Shown here piece by piece: positions 1 through 13,199 of a stretch of DNA of 64,000 bases (the stretch's first letter is position 1; the number at the start of each line of letters is the position of its first letter). The DNA is from Anthoceros angustus (lineage: Eukaryota; Plantae; Anthocerotophyta). The notes below the pieces were generated by a model that worked only from the letters and a program-made list of their open reading frames with translations, ran no database searches and was not told the DNA's origin. The DNA is taken from NCBI GenBank assembly GCA_010909165.1, contig MU008215.1:186001-250000 (forward strand). The letters run 5' to 3'. The position numbers were made by a program, and so were the translations under genes.

Positions 1-1299
1 GTCAGAACACGGTCATCATTCATTTAACCTCAAATGCCTAAAATAGGCCCATTACAAATTCGATGCATCCACCTCATCTTATGCCATCATTTTCTAAGGA
101 TGTGCACTCTCATTCAAGGTCCATCAACAGAACTGCTACGCCATCACCATCACGCAACCGCAATTATAAATCATCCAACACCACACGGTACCACCTTATG
201 TCACATGTCTATAATTGTGGGTGTGACTTTGATCTTGATTCAAAGTGCGTTCTTCCTCGCATGCAGTAGCTCTTGAAAATTTGCCGATGTTGAAGCAAAG
301 GAGTTCTTGAAGTCAAAGGACTTGGATGCTATCGGAAGGATTCCTGATATGCAACGAAGATGCATGCGTCGGTGGCGAGCCAAAGGCACTATTTGCATAG
401 ACATTCCATGCGATGTATCATTTGAACTACGGTCGAGGCATCAACGGTTCCTTGAAATGCCTATCGGCTCAAGGTATTCAAGTTGAAGAGGAGAACTAGA
501 TGAAGGTACGTCGTGCAAACTCGTGAAATCGATTGCATTCAAAGGCTCTTGTGAACATGATTCCGGATGTGTGTTATTCGTCTGCAGTGCACGGCCTCCA
601 CCACTTCGACGCGATAATCGCATCCATTCCAAAGACACCGCCGTTTCAAGATGTTGGATTCCATTCACGGAAGTCCTTCTCCGCCAGACAGCTCGCCGTA
701 CATCCCGCCATCCGCAAGACTACTCCTCCGGAAGTGCTCCACGGACGACATGGTCGGATATGGCCGCCTGCTGGGGTGAATGCCAACTCGGTTTTGCACG
801 GTTGTATCTAGAAGATACTGCTTCCACTGCCCGGGCCCAAAGACGTCGGTGGAACTGTGGAGGAAGAGGACTCGGATGATGTGCATTTGAACATCCACCT
901 CCAAAGGCGCATATACAATTTGAAGCCCGGTCCGAATCATTTATCGAGCATGGCGGACCACCACGTAGACGCCAAGTAGACGGCAATCTAAAGTGCCCGA
1001 GATGAAATGTGAAGAGGTTCAGATAACCGTGATTTTCGCAAAACTGTGGTAGACAATGCTTGAGGACAATAGGGAAGGCAACCTTCGAGATTTGAGGTAT
1101 CGGTTCCTTAGAATGTGCGGGCAGGAGGAGATGCACCTACAATCCCTTTTGATGTCGATTATGAGGCGATGGAAGGGTTAGGGTAGACTCGTTTCTGGAC
1201 GAGGAAAAGTGTATTGTTGTAGAGGCCTTGACGCGTTTATGTGTCTAGCGGGTACGAAGAAGAAAGCGAGCGATCGGAACATTGCGTGGTCCGCCTTCC

Positions 1300-3400
1300 G
1301 ACGAAGGCGATGAATCAAGATGTCGCAATGCCCGCGTGGATGAACCAAGCTTATGCTTATTGCCGAGAGAATGCCAAACATTGAAGTGTATCACCCCGAC
1401 TCTTACTCAAAAGGCGAGGTGTTTCAAGAATACAAGCAACATATGCGTGGTCCAAGAAGATCTGTTTCTCATTCCTACTTTTGTCGACTTTGGGCTACGA
1501 CTTTCACAGGTGAAAATTCAAGAGCAATCGGTTTGCCTTGTGCACAACTGCGATTACCTCAAACGAAATATAAAGAGCGAGAAAACAGAGAAAACAAGGT
1601 GAGGCTTGATGTGAAATTGTGTTTTGGCAATGTTGGGGGATGCGCGCCGGCCACCGCGCCAGGTAGGCGCCGGCCACCGCGCCGACGGCCGGCCACGGCG
1701 CACAATATGGCCGGGCCGAGGAGTGTAGTTTGTGACCCACCGGCGACTCAGATGCTATTCCTTCCCGAGCGCGCTTTATTCCTCAACGTTGTTTGGGTGA
1801 TTATTTTGCGAAGCATTTGAACGATCCGAGGCGATGCGCCCATCAAGTCCGAGAGAAAATGCATCAAGCACCGTGAAATGTTATGGAGACCCAAAGTATA
1901 TCGGGATATCCATCGACGGATGGACCAATGAAGACACAGCTTCCACATTTCACGCGTTTACCCAAGGACCCGGATGTAGGTTTGATCGACCATGTTGTGG
2001 GGTGCATGATTTATAACTACACCATGTCGGCGGAACTCTTCATGGCATACGGAACATCCGAACGATGCAAACGACTATAGCCAATATCCGATGTCATTTC
2101 AAATTACGAGGACTACTACCAAAGGTTCTTTATCTTCAACTCAACAATGCACGGGAGAATAAGAATGCACGCTATTCGCTTACGAATATGTTGGTAGAGC
2201 TTAAGGTTTTGAGAAGGTAAAAGTAGGATTCCTCCCGGTTGGGCACACTCATGACCAGTTGACCATGAGGTTTTCGGTTTCAGAAGGAAGCTTTACGCCC
2301 AAACCGACCGGTATTTTGGAGAATGCATATACGCCCAAACCAAAATTATGGAGGTGAAAGAAGTTCCGGACTTCGAAAGTTTGTGTGGCCAATACCTTAT
2401 GGTAAGGTGGCTATAAACAGTTGTCGCGGAAATTGCACAATATATCTTTTCAAAGATTCAAAATAACCCGAAACGCGAGGTGAGCGGACTTATCGTGATG
2501 AGGGGCAAACAATATTCCACGATGAATACCTGGTCACCGGACGAGGGTTTGGAGTTTTGAATAATGTCCCATCTACTCCTATTCAAGTTGCCGCTTGGTT
2601 CATTTGGAGGTCCAAGTAAAAAGCGGTGAGGAGAGATCCGAAAGAAGTCGAATGCGTGGGAAACTAGAGGAAAACGGGACCCATTTGGGCGCAGTGAGGA
2701 TATTTGGTGGGAGGAATGCAGGTGAGCAATCACCATCGTGGACAAGATAGCATGTGAGCATGCGAGGAATTGAAGACCCTTGGCAATGGTACGATAGAAC
2801 ACATAATGAAGAGTTGCATCGCCTTGGTTGTACCGAGGTGAGATTTTACATCAATCGTTCGCAAGTGCCCGGACATGTATGTTGGAGCGCATCGATGATG
2901 ATGCGCGGCGGAACAAGAAAGCTTGAACGGCGATGTGTTGGAGATACAAACAGGTCACATGATTGCGGTGCCTTGTGAGACAGATGCTGACAATCGACCA
3001 TTCTGGCTCGCAAAAGTCCTACAGGTGGACTTCCAATGTGACGCCCCATTCATTAAAGTCCATTGGTGGGTGACTAAATGCACTGACGCATTTGAAGGCA
3101 GGTACCTAGAGGAGATGATTTTACCTGATCAGCCACCAACGCGGCGTCGTGGGGGTCGCTCAACGACGGAGCATGAGGTTGCGAAACACGTCGACAAATT
3201 GCTTCTGACACATTCATCTTGGCATACGGGTTTTCTAACAAAAGAAACTAAATGCAAGGACCAACCATAATACGGAAAAACATGTACGTTTTGCGCTCCT
3301 GCGGGGAGGAAGCTCCGGAACATATGGAAGGAAGGGACGCATGGATGATGGCGCAGAAGATGTTGCATCGGCGAGGACATTGAAACACTTGATGAACATG
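1300..3400 (+). mobile_element. Sola-like (DUF7869-type) DNA transposase, frameshifted, with a probable intron at 1599-1751
   Basis: Motifs read across indels: MPN..YHPDSYSKGEVFQEY..VSHSYFCRLW (1353-1500); IDG(M)DQ.KTQLPHF..LPK (1910-1970); LPKVLYLQLNN.RENKN (2119-2166); VGFLPVGHTHD (2223-2256); C-terminal IAVPCETD..RPFWLAKV..IKVHWW (2960-3070). Family assignment is from recalled motifs, not a search. Confidence 0.6.
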
Positions 3401-3799
3401 GTTCATGGAGTTCGATTAGTTAGTTTTCGTTGACCATGGACTCCTACTAGTCTGGACTGGGAAGGTATCGCTGACCACTTCCGTGAGTGGATAGGTTGTG
3501 TTCCCCATGGACATAACGGCTTAACCAAGTGCAGTATGGGCACACAAATGACGGTACAACAAATTTGCGATTATGTTCCAAATCGCCAAAACCGTGTCTC
3601 TATTCGATGGACCTTATTTTTAGGACAACACATGATAAGACCGGCTGAAGACAAATGTTCAAACGCATCCACGATTCCGGTCCCACACTTTTACGAAGTT
3701 TTGGAGGAATGAATTCAAAGACAATAATTTTTTGGCCACGTTCTTTTCCGGTCCGTCGAAAAGTGGATGCCAAATTTCTTCAAAACCCGCAATAACGTA

Positions 3800-5070
3800 C
3801 ATGGTTTTACGGGACATGCTTTTTGGATATGATGATGGGAAAGTTTATCGCTTTTGCCCAAATTTCATTTCAAGAATCACCGATATTGCGCAGACTGCTT
3901 TGGGCAGTGTAAAAGGACGCATCATATGCTGAAGAGTGCATATTTTTGGTCCGGAATGTATTCCGGCCGAGCGAGTGGTGTCGAGATGTGCTTGTGATGC
4001 GATTAAAGCAAGGTTCAACAATGTGATGTGGTGTTGCATTCGCACGCCTATTCGGTCCGTTTCTTCGATGGTCCGCTGACCTCATGCCGAGCTACCATTG
4101 ACCAAGCAAGGCAACAAGCATTGTATGCTCATGATAGAACACTTCTCCAAGTGGGTGGAATTGGCAATCCTTCCGATCGAACTTCCCAATTCAGACGAGC
4201 TTTCTTCTGTGCGTTTTGAGCAGATATGGAAGTGCGAGGTCTTGAGATCAAGGAAGTCGGAGGAGAGTTCAAGCGTTGTTGGATCGGAGTTTGATAGATC
4301 ACGGGCCGCGTCAGGATCATCCTCGGCGGATGGTTTAGCGGAAAGGCGGTGCAAACTTTCAAGGATTCACTTCGCCAAGTCTTGCACGAGATCGAGCCTA
4401 ATTGTTGGGATGAGTTGCTACCTTACGTTGCCACAGGCTCTGAGATCGTGTCTGAGACAGGCAACCGATCCTACTACATCATGTTTGGCGGGGAATCTTT
4501 GTCTTGCCCAACATAGTGGCGGATATATTCCAAACCGATGGATGGACACAAGATGTGGATGAGTGTTGCTCGAGTTACGAAACCCAAGTTGTTACAACGA
4601 GTGATACCCATGGCGATGGACAACAATCGCGCCATACGACCTGATCAATTGAGGTATGCATTCACGAGGAGGGTCATGGAAGCCAAAGGCGGAAAAGTTC
4701 GATGGGTGATTTCGTGTATCTTCAACCGTCCTTACGGCACTTTGGGCGTAAACACGGGACCAGTTGATTTTGAGAGTGGTGAGCGTTGGTGAGCAAGGGT
4801 CATCGAGTTGGAAGGGCAAGATGGGCGCCGATGCAAGGAGCACATACATCGGCCTGCCACTTGCCAGATCTTGATCACGCATACAACCACAAGCATGGAA
4901 GCCACTGTTGATGCTGCGAACGTGGTCAAATCAGCGACCCAGAACTAATCTTTGTTGTGTGACCGGTGCAACCAAGGACATCATGTCTTTTGTCTTGACC
5001 GTTAAGCGATCCGGAAGGAGAATGGTTTTGTCACAAATGCACGACGGAAAAGTTAGGGGCGGAAAGAAGG
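3800..5070 (+). mobile_element. Ty3/Gypsy integrase fragment (HHCC zinc finger, rve core, C-terminal PHD finger)
   Basis: KRTHHMLKSAYFWSGMY (3910-3960); GNKHCMLMIEHFSKWVELAILP (4110-4175); PHD-like C..LLCDRCNQGHHVFCL..IPEGEWFCHKC (4915-5040); purine-rich tract near 5065-5077. Confidence 0.7.
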
Positions 5071-7399
5071 CGGGGGCAGTAAAAGCAGCGCACTCACGGT
5101 GTGGGCGGCGGGAAGAGTCACTAAAGGGAAGGTCTATAAAACCCGTTACTTGCCTTATCGATACGGGTTGTGTGAGACGTCTGTGGTTGGCGGCGCAAGG
5201 GAAGTAAAGGTGTGGACGGAGGATTGGCGGGCCGAAGGAGGATTCTACAATGGGAGGATTCAGCGATCTGTGGAGAAGGCCGCAATTCTTGGAGAAATAC
5301 GGTGTGAGTGCATCGATGCGGGTAGCGGTGCGAAGGTGAAGCAGTCATCACGGTGCATGTGGGAAAGCTAATTGCGGTGACCGCCGTGTGGGTCTCGAAG
5401 CAAGGAAGGCGGCTGATCCGGGGCATCAACGAGTTGTTGCGGTGAAGGAAGGCGATGACGATGGAACATCGGTGGCAGCACCAGGTGTCAGTTGTTAACG
5501 TGCGTGTAGTTGCGGGTAGATAGGGATAAGAGGCGGCTCAAGTGACGAAAGTGAAAAGGCGGTGATCACGTAAGAACTGGGGTGAAGAACAAGTGCTAGG
5601 GTGGTCATGGCATCAAGCATCTGGATGTGAGCACGAGCAGAGGGTGCATGGTATGTTTGTTGTGTAGAGGCAATAAGCAAGGTGACGACCCATGTGTAAG
5701 ACCAAGTGACATCTTACCGCCGCAATCGCCATGTGTTGACTAACAGTAAGACACTCGCTGCAAGGCCGATTGCAAACATAGGTAGTCTTCTGTGAATCAA
5801 ATCATATGGTTGTTTGACCAACACTAACAACACCGCTTTCTCCGAATTGTGAGAGCATCAAGAGGGATTCCCATTGGGGACAACATGTGTGGTTGACATG
5901 GATATGGAAGGCAGACCACACTTGCAAGTCATGCCCGGAGAATGAGCACAAGTGTTCCACAATTTCGTGCCATGGGAAGACAAATGGAAAACACCTTGGT
6001 AAGGAAGTATCACCGGGAAACCCGAACGACCCGAGACATATCTCGAGCTGCAAGCATTTTTGCTGTATATGGAATCACACCATGAGGGCTGCAACATCGA
6101 GAGTTTTCCTTATGATCATAGAGATCTTTTGAGCCGCGTGAAGGGGCATGAACAGCAAAGCTCGTGGACCGCCATCGTGAAGGGGCCTTCGAAACTGAAC
6201 ATCACCGCTCATGCATCGTGTGTTTGATCACCGCCCATCAAGGGTTCTTAATGTATGCACAAGGAAAACCAGCCGACTTACGAAGTCTCGAAAGTTTGGC
6301 TAAGTCACTGCATGTAGAGAAGGTGTTAAGCCCACCTGACACCCACGAGCTTTTTGTTGTGGTGTTTGTTGCTTATTACGTGGAGTGTTGGAATGGATGA
6401 AGCCACCGAGTCTTGGTATCTTCCGAACGACAATGTGGGTGATTATCCGAGGCATCAAAAACAAGATAAAATGGTTTGAATGGGTGGCTGCCCAGAGTGA
6501 AGACCAACTAGATAGCGATGAAGAAGAAGAGCTCATGGCCGGCATCGAGCCAAAGAACGGGTACACAGTGGCAAAGCATGTTGATGAGTATTTCGATCCG
6601 GAAGAGCGACGTGGTCACGTATTAGCTGTGGAGAATGGATCATGATAAACCGCGAACCACAACCGAGGGATGGTATGTTCCGAGACACGATTCTAATGGC
6701 ATTTGAGAGTGCCAAAGTGGTGCTTACAACATGACGCTTTGCCATCCAAGCCCCAACTTAATGGGCCATTTTTGCAAACGCAGTGAGGTGGAGGTGGTGA
6801 TAACCATGTGGCCCAAGGTTACGAGTTGATAGCAAGTAGTTGAAAGACTTTCTTTTTTGTGGATTTTGATAGGATGGCATATGCGCCATGCCCGCTTATG
6901 CGGCCGTGGCGCCATACCGCCATGGCACACAGGGCAGTAGGGAAGAGGTAGATAAGAACTGAGTGATGGTGTGTGTGTATGTGTGTGGTGGCATGATGAG
7001 TGGCATGGGTATGGAAATAGGATGGTGTCATGGCTATGTGACCATACAAGGAATACTGCTGCACTTAAGGCTCGGCGCTAAGACAATCGAGGGAAACAAC
7101 AAGACGACCTACCTCCTCATCCCTCCACCTTCCTACGGTCTCCTCGTCAGGCTACCGTAGCGACTGATTGTTGGTATGTTCGCCGTGATACTTCATTGAC
7201 ATCCTTGGCCACCTCTATCCGTCTCCCCACGCCATTTCGTGTAGGCGCTCACCTTCCTCGCAATTTTGGCTCCTCTCAGAGGCAACCTTTCCTTGCCTTC
7301 GCCCCTCACGGCGGTCGTACCTCGTCTGCATAACCGGCCGGCCTTAGATTTGAAACATATGAGCCATCCATGGCGTCTTCGAGGCAATGCGAAACATGA

Positions 7400-9134
7400 C
7401 GCGCGCACGCCGCCTTTGACTCATATCCCTTGTTCATTGACTCGGCCTACCATCAGTACACAAGGCCACACCAATGTGCATTCGAGGCATTTAGTGTTCG
7501 TCAGGCCGGAATCGACGTTATTCGTTCATATATGTTGAGGAGATTATCGCAAGTCGCCATATTATGCGTGCAAACCCGTCACTTGCTCGCCATCACCCCA
7601 CCACGATCATTCCTATTCCGCCTTCAATCCATGGGTTCCTCACCTCCATCCCCGTGGCCGGGTGCGAACGCCACCGCCCACCCGATGTTTTCATCCATCG
7701 CCCCGGATGTATGCATTGGGTTACCTGCAGGGCCACAAATGGGCCATCGATGGAGCGACCTTGTATGTGCAAAGTCTCCATGTTTTAGGTCGAATCCAGG
7801 TACGATGTCCGTAATGATGGCTCAGGGTCCACTCGGCTCACACTGCATCAACGAACCTTCAAAGATAACAGATGCTCCTAAGTGTATGCACAAAATTTCC
7901 TCAGAGTGACCATAAAACACTGGCCTCCTTCACAACCTTCATCCGCCTCGCCCCGCTATTAAAGATTTTGCAAGCACTGATCATCCTTAGTGCCCGCGCT
8001 GGCCTATCCGCCTCTATCGTTTCTAAATCGCTGCCTTTCCACATATGCCGATGAGCTACGCTTCCATCTGCGGACCGCCCATGATAGCTGACTTCATCCG
8101 CCATAGCCGGGTGATTCTCCCATGCGTTGGCAGCCCTTCCCCTGACATGCAGCCAAACCTTGAAAGTTCGCCGGTCTCCACGGAACCATACCTCCGACCT
8201 CTTCCTCGACATATCTGAAACGGCCGTGATCACTCCATGTGGTACAACACATACGCAGCGCCTCGCCAGGCCTCCACAGATCCAATTTGTACGGCCTCCC
8301 AAAGACTGAGCACCTTTCTTCCGTCTCGCTCGCTGCCTCCATAGCCCTCCAACGTGACCATAATAACGTAAAATGCCATCCCATAGTGCATGCTCTCCTT
8401 CGGGTACCCCAACGCTATATCGCCTCTCCGGCCGTACGGACCGCCCCAAGGTATCTTTCGGCTGGTACATCCACCTGTGCAAAAGGTCCGAGTACGCCTA
8501 CCTCCACTAGATGGATTATCGTGTGAGTGGATATATCAAACATTTTTGAGGGAATTGCTTTCCAGATCGCACATCACCCTCGCCTCCTTTCATTGCTTGG
8601 ATTTCATGGTCTTCAGATTGTCCCCGGGTAAAAATCCAATTACCCGCCTAACTTGACCACCGCCTTGTACATCGGGGTCTATGCACCCTCGAGGACAACA
8701 GGGAAGACTACTTCCATCATGTGCCGTGCCATGGCACTTCGTGCTCCTAACCTTGGGCCGCATTGCAGCCTATATTAGATCCGTACACTGGCGCCATTTA
8801 CTCGCACAACCCGCTTCAGCCTCCTCTCGACCTGTGACATATGCCGCCGGGGCAATGGCCATCCTCTCCTATGTGCCATAACCACCCTTTCCTCCACTCG
8901 CTTCCATGTCCATCCGTGAGGCTATGTCATCTTGGCCTCTCTCACAACGATGCCAAATGGCTTCAAGGTTGTTTTTCTCGACGGCATAACGCCCTTGGTG
9001 CCCATTTCAAAAAACCGCCAAGATGGAGGTCTACAACAAGGCCGACCTTCCGGGTTCCAACCGCCTCGATGGCGGTCCGCCGGGTCGCTTCACTGGGCCG
9101 CCATATCTTCGATGACATCGCCGAAGATGGCGGG
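7400..9134 (-). mobile_element. CACTA/EnSpm TnpD transposase, 3' half (DUF4218/DUF4216 region), degenerate
   Basis: Minus-strand motifs across indels: VMHVEKNNLEAIW (~8960-8995), PAAYV, YGSNI, RWMYP.ERYLGAVR (8440-8480), TLEEILCIHL (~7890-7915), DGPFVALQV (~7735-7760). Confidence 0.7.
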
Positions 9135-12100
9135 TGTGGAAGACCACATGTGAACTAACCCCGCTCTCAAGTGTCGTGAACGATTTTTTGTTTTGGGTGT
9201 GTTAGAATAGAGTGCTTTGAGAATCGTCGAGTCGTCTTTTATACGGAATGGTCCTTGGCCCTTGGAGATAATAATAATTTTTCGACCTTAGGTTTGACCC
9301 TGAGGGGTGGGGTAGAAATAGAGTCCTTGGGTATTGGGAATTTTAGAATAAAAGGTGTCTATATATGCTAGGGATGCTCACAATATGCCACTTGTGTAGT
9401 CAAGGGTGGTGGCTAGTTCCACCACGGTGGCCGAGAAACGGACGCATGCACTGTGGAATTTACAACCCTAGTGGCGGAGCGGACTACCACCGGAGCGCAA
9501 CTGGGAGAAGGGCACACCCAGCACCGCGAGGTCGCGACTTTCCAGGAGGGGCAGTCGGAGCGGAGCTGCAGCAAGAGGGGCGCGCACACCAACGCCAGCC
9601 AAATCACCGCCTCCCGCGGCAGGAGGAAGGCGCGACGATCGTGAGCGGGCGGGCGGCGGAGGAGAAATCGGGCGCCGGCAAGTTCGCGAGGAGGCGTGGA
9701 AGGAGCGCGCGAGGGCGGCTTTCTGATTTTTTTTCTCTTCGACCGTGATCTGCAGGTAGTCGAGGTTTTGTTTTGGGAGACAACGAGAGAAGGAGATGGC
9801 GCCCGAGCCGCGTCAAATTTACTCACGCAGCGGCCCAACATGGACCATCGGAAAGTGAGAGCCGCGTGCGTGAGCCGGGTCCAAGTTCATGGAGAAGAAA
9901 TGGTGCTACGTACCGCAAGATTGCAAGAGTGCGGCAATTAAGGACCAAGTCGCAAGAGGGTGACGCGAGGAAAAGGCCGCAGAATCTGGATTTGGCCTCT
10001 TCGAGCAAAGGTATGGGCGAGAAGCATCGAGGATGGGAGCTTGGTGATTGACCTCCGAAAAGAAGACTTTGAAAGCCGCAGCGCCATCATGAAGCCCGGG
10101 AAGTGAGAGTGAACAATGGTGGGTGACTCGCCAACTCGTGGTTCGCAGTACTGTGGGATTGGCCAAATGGATTTTGTGCTTCATGTAACCTCGGATCATA
10201 TGGCGGATCACTTCTTGGTTTTCACGAGGTGGTCAAGGGTACACAAATTGATTGGGGAGGATGATTTTCAAAGAGCCTGTGAGGAGAAGGCGACTTACTC
10301 TCTTCCCTCGGCCCTCCTTGATTTCGCCTTTTCCGATTCATGTATTTGCATTCCGTGTGTTTAACTGAGTTGAAGTCGGGTCCCCGCATGGTTGGAAGCC
10401 GGAGGAACTCAAGGTAGAAGAGGAGGAATTGAAGGAGGATTCGGGCAAGGATTCCAGTAGCTTGGGAGTGCGCTCGGAAGGTTCGGAAGAGGAGGGAAGT
10501 TTCCAAGGGTAAGAAGCGAAGGGCTAACGGCCGAACGGGATCGAAGAAGGGAGGGCCGCAGCAGAGGAGGAACCCAGCCACACCTGTGGTCACTGTCAAG
10601 ACTCAGCAGGAACGCGGTAAAGGAGGAGAAAGTAAAGGGAAATGGCAAGTTGCTCCTCCCAGTGGATGAATCCGCCGCTAGGGGAGAATGAAGCGGGAAG
10701 AGGCAAGGGCACCAACCCCTAGGAGAGGAGGGTTAACTTCACGAGACCGCAACGGAGCTCCGGACATTTTTGGCGACATTTCACCGAACCCTACCGAGGT
10801 GGGGATAGGAGACACCGCATACGAGAATTGTTGTGGAGGCGGATGGGCAAGGGACAGCCCAATTTGGGGATTTGCGTGGCCATGGCACAGCGGATCTCCT
10901 CGATCAAGCCATGGCTCTCACTTGGCCGCAAGGCCAACAGGAGAAGTTGCTCAAGGAGAAGTTGGAGAGCCCGGAAGGCGAGAGCAAGGCGGCCGAGGAG
11001 CGCAGACGGAGTGCGGCGGCCTTATGCAAGGCACAGGAGCGAGGCACATGTCCACTCAGCAGAAGCTTTAGTAAATCAGTCAAGGGGCGATGCTACAATT
11101 GAAGAGCTGTGATGAGGTCTCATGAGTCCAGAGGTGGAAGCGATGGCGCCTTGGAGAAATTCAAGAAGGAGAGGTACAAGCGGAAGAGACAGGGCCGAGT
11201 CAAGAGAGAGGTGGCCAAACCAAGAAAGGCCGAGCAATGCCACCGCAGGAGCAAACAACCATGGGGGAAGTAACCACCACGGTGGCTAAACCAGCCACCG
11301 TGGAACGGGAACCGAGGTGGGGAAGTCACCGATGGAGTGTCGCAGATGGAGGGATGATCCCCGGAGAATCAACAGCCGCCTGTGATTGTCCACGGGAGAG
11401 GGTAAGGACCTCGGACGAAGACAGTTACGGGCGTCCGGATGAGGATGCTCATGTCCTGCCGCATGGTGAGCTGCTCACTCTAAACGCATGTGGTTGTTGG
11501 GACAGAGGGGCGTAAACCACTGGGTCAGACATCTTGACCGCCACAGCGCTAGCTGGTTCCTTCGAGTAGGAGCGGCGCCATCCTCCGCAAGTGGTGCCGG
11601 AAGAGATGAGCGAGGCGCAGCGAGCATGGAGGAGGAGCACTGATGGTTGTCCAAATGAGGAGGGACAATGGACATAGAGGTCAAAGGCGCCCGCTGGAAG
11701 GCGCGAGGGAAATTCAAAGGAGAGCGGTGGAGGTTGTAAAAATTTGATCGTAGGCGATCAAGAGCGAGAGGGGTCCCCATGGGCCGAGGGCGAGGCAAAG
11801 AATCGCGAGGCGGCACTGATTTTAGGAGAGTCGCGATAGCCTAGGACCGGGTTTTTCGTAGAGGATAGGGAGTTCCATCAGAGTTGTTGCTTAGATTGGT
11901 AAGGCGCCGTGGTAGGAGCTACTTTTAGACACTAAAGAGAAGTGAGCGTGTTGGACCCCGATGTATAAGAGACCCTCCGGGTGTCTCTCAAGGCATTTAT
12001 TTCGTGTGAACTTCCGTATCGAATCCGAGTGGGGTTGATTGGAGACGCCCAAGATCAAACGGGTTCGGCACCGCCTTCGTCACAAGAAGGCCGGAAGATC

Positions 12101-12752
12101 TCATGGTCGAGAGCGGAGTGGCCAAGCTCCACGCCTGGGTAACGGAAGGCAGCCGCACGAAAGAGGTAGGATGCCGCGACGGCCGAGGCGGAATCGCTGA
12201 AGGCGACCGCCTGACCGCCCTCTTCCGATCCTCTTCCAACCACTGTGTGTGTGTTCATTCCATGAGGGAGGTCGTGTGGCCCAAGGAGGGTCTGTGGCCT
12301 GGGGGTCTGGTGGCCCGTGAGACGAGAGAGAGTTCATTGGGAAGGGAAAGGTTCGGAGGAGAAGCGTGCCGGGAGGGATTGTGAGAGTGAGGGAAAATCG
12401 AAACGTGTGAGGGAGTGGAAGCGTGAGGTAGGATCGCAGAATTCCTAGAAGAGGCGTATAGGTGTCCGATAGCCCCTAGGTCCGTGTTAGAGAAGTCGGT
12501 GACGATAGACTCGCCGGGCGGCGCTTGGGGTGGGGCCGCCACGTCCGAACTGCCACCGCGGTGGCCGAGTCTACCACGGTGGTGGGTTTGGGCAAGGTGG
12601 AGAAGGTGAGGTAGCGAACGGGGGTGTCTAGAATCCATAGATTTAGCACACCTTGACACAACACCATTCCCTTGGGATCGAATCCTAGGACTATAACGAC
12701 ATAGAGGGTAAATGTGGCCTCTTTGCGCCTTCGATGCAAAACCCATTCCACA
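9135..12752 (+). repeat. 5' LTR of the Gypsy element (~3.6 kb)
   Basis: Starts TGTGGAAGACC, ends CCATTCCACA (7-bp inverted termini); colinear with 18491-22147. Confidence 0.9.
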
Positions 12753-12772
12753 TTTTGGCGCCGGTCGGGAAT
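12753..12772 (+). promoter_or_regulatory. Primer-binding site of the Gypsy element
   Basis: TTTTGGCGCCGGTCGGGAAT directly after the LTR; TGGCGCC-type PBS as in Athila/Tat lineages. Confidence 0.7.
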
Positions 12773-13199
12773 GAAACCGAAGGTTATAGGGGACTAACCA
12801 TAGCTTAGGTGTCTAGTTTTGGAGTGTATCTAGTTAGGTAGATGGATGCCACGGTTGAGTCGAGGGTTCAGAGTCAAGTCGGACGGAAGGCCACACGAGA
12901 AGCGACAACGCCAAGCATCGGAAAGGTTAAAAGGGTTGCAAACCGCGAGTTGAGGAGGGTCCAAAGACACGGAAGGAGAAGGAGGTAAGGAAGCAACCGG
13001 ACGGGGTCCGATCTTGTTGGAGCAAGATCCCCAACCTCGGACTTGGACGAGGTACCACCGCCAAGGAACCTCGGACCAATTCCATCCACCGACCTCTTCC
13101 AAAAGTGTGCATGCTGGAGATCAATCGACTCGCAGAACCGTTGTTGGACCAACCACGCCGAATCAAGAACGATAGTCATGACCACCACCACCGGTGGTG

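Noticed and set aside
5078-5710. 3' LTR of the Gypsy-PHD fragment
   Set aside because: It follows a purine tract and ends in ..TGACA, but has no clear TG start and no partner LTR to confirm it.
7900-8500. LINE-1 reverse transcriptase C-terminus (RYLG...LSLGGR-like text on the minus strand)
   Set aside because: Surrounding motifs (MHVEKN, YGSN, RWMYP.ERYLG, LEEIL) fit CACTA TnpD, and the matching Transposase_21 half lies across the Gypsy insertion.
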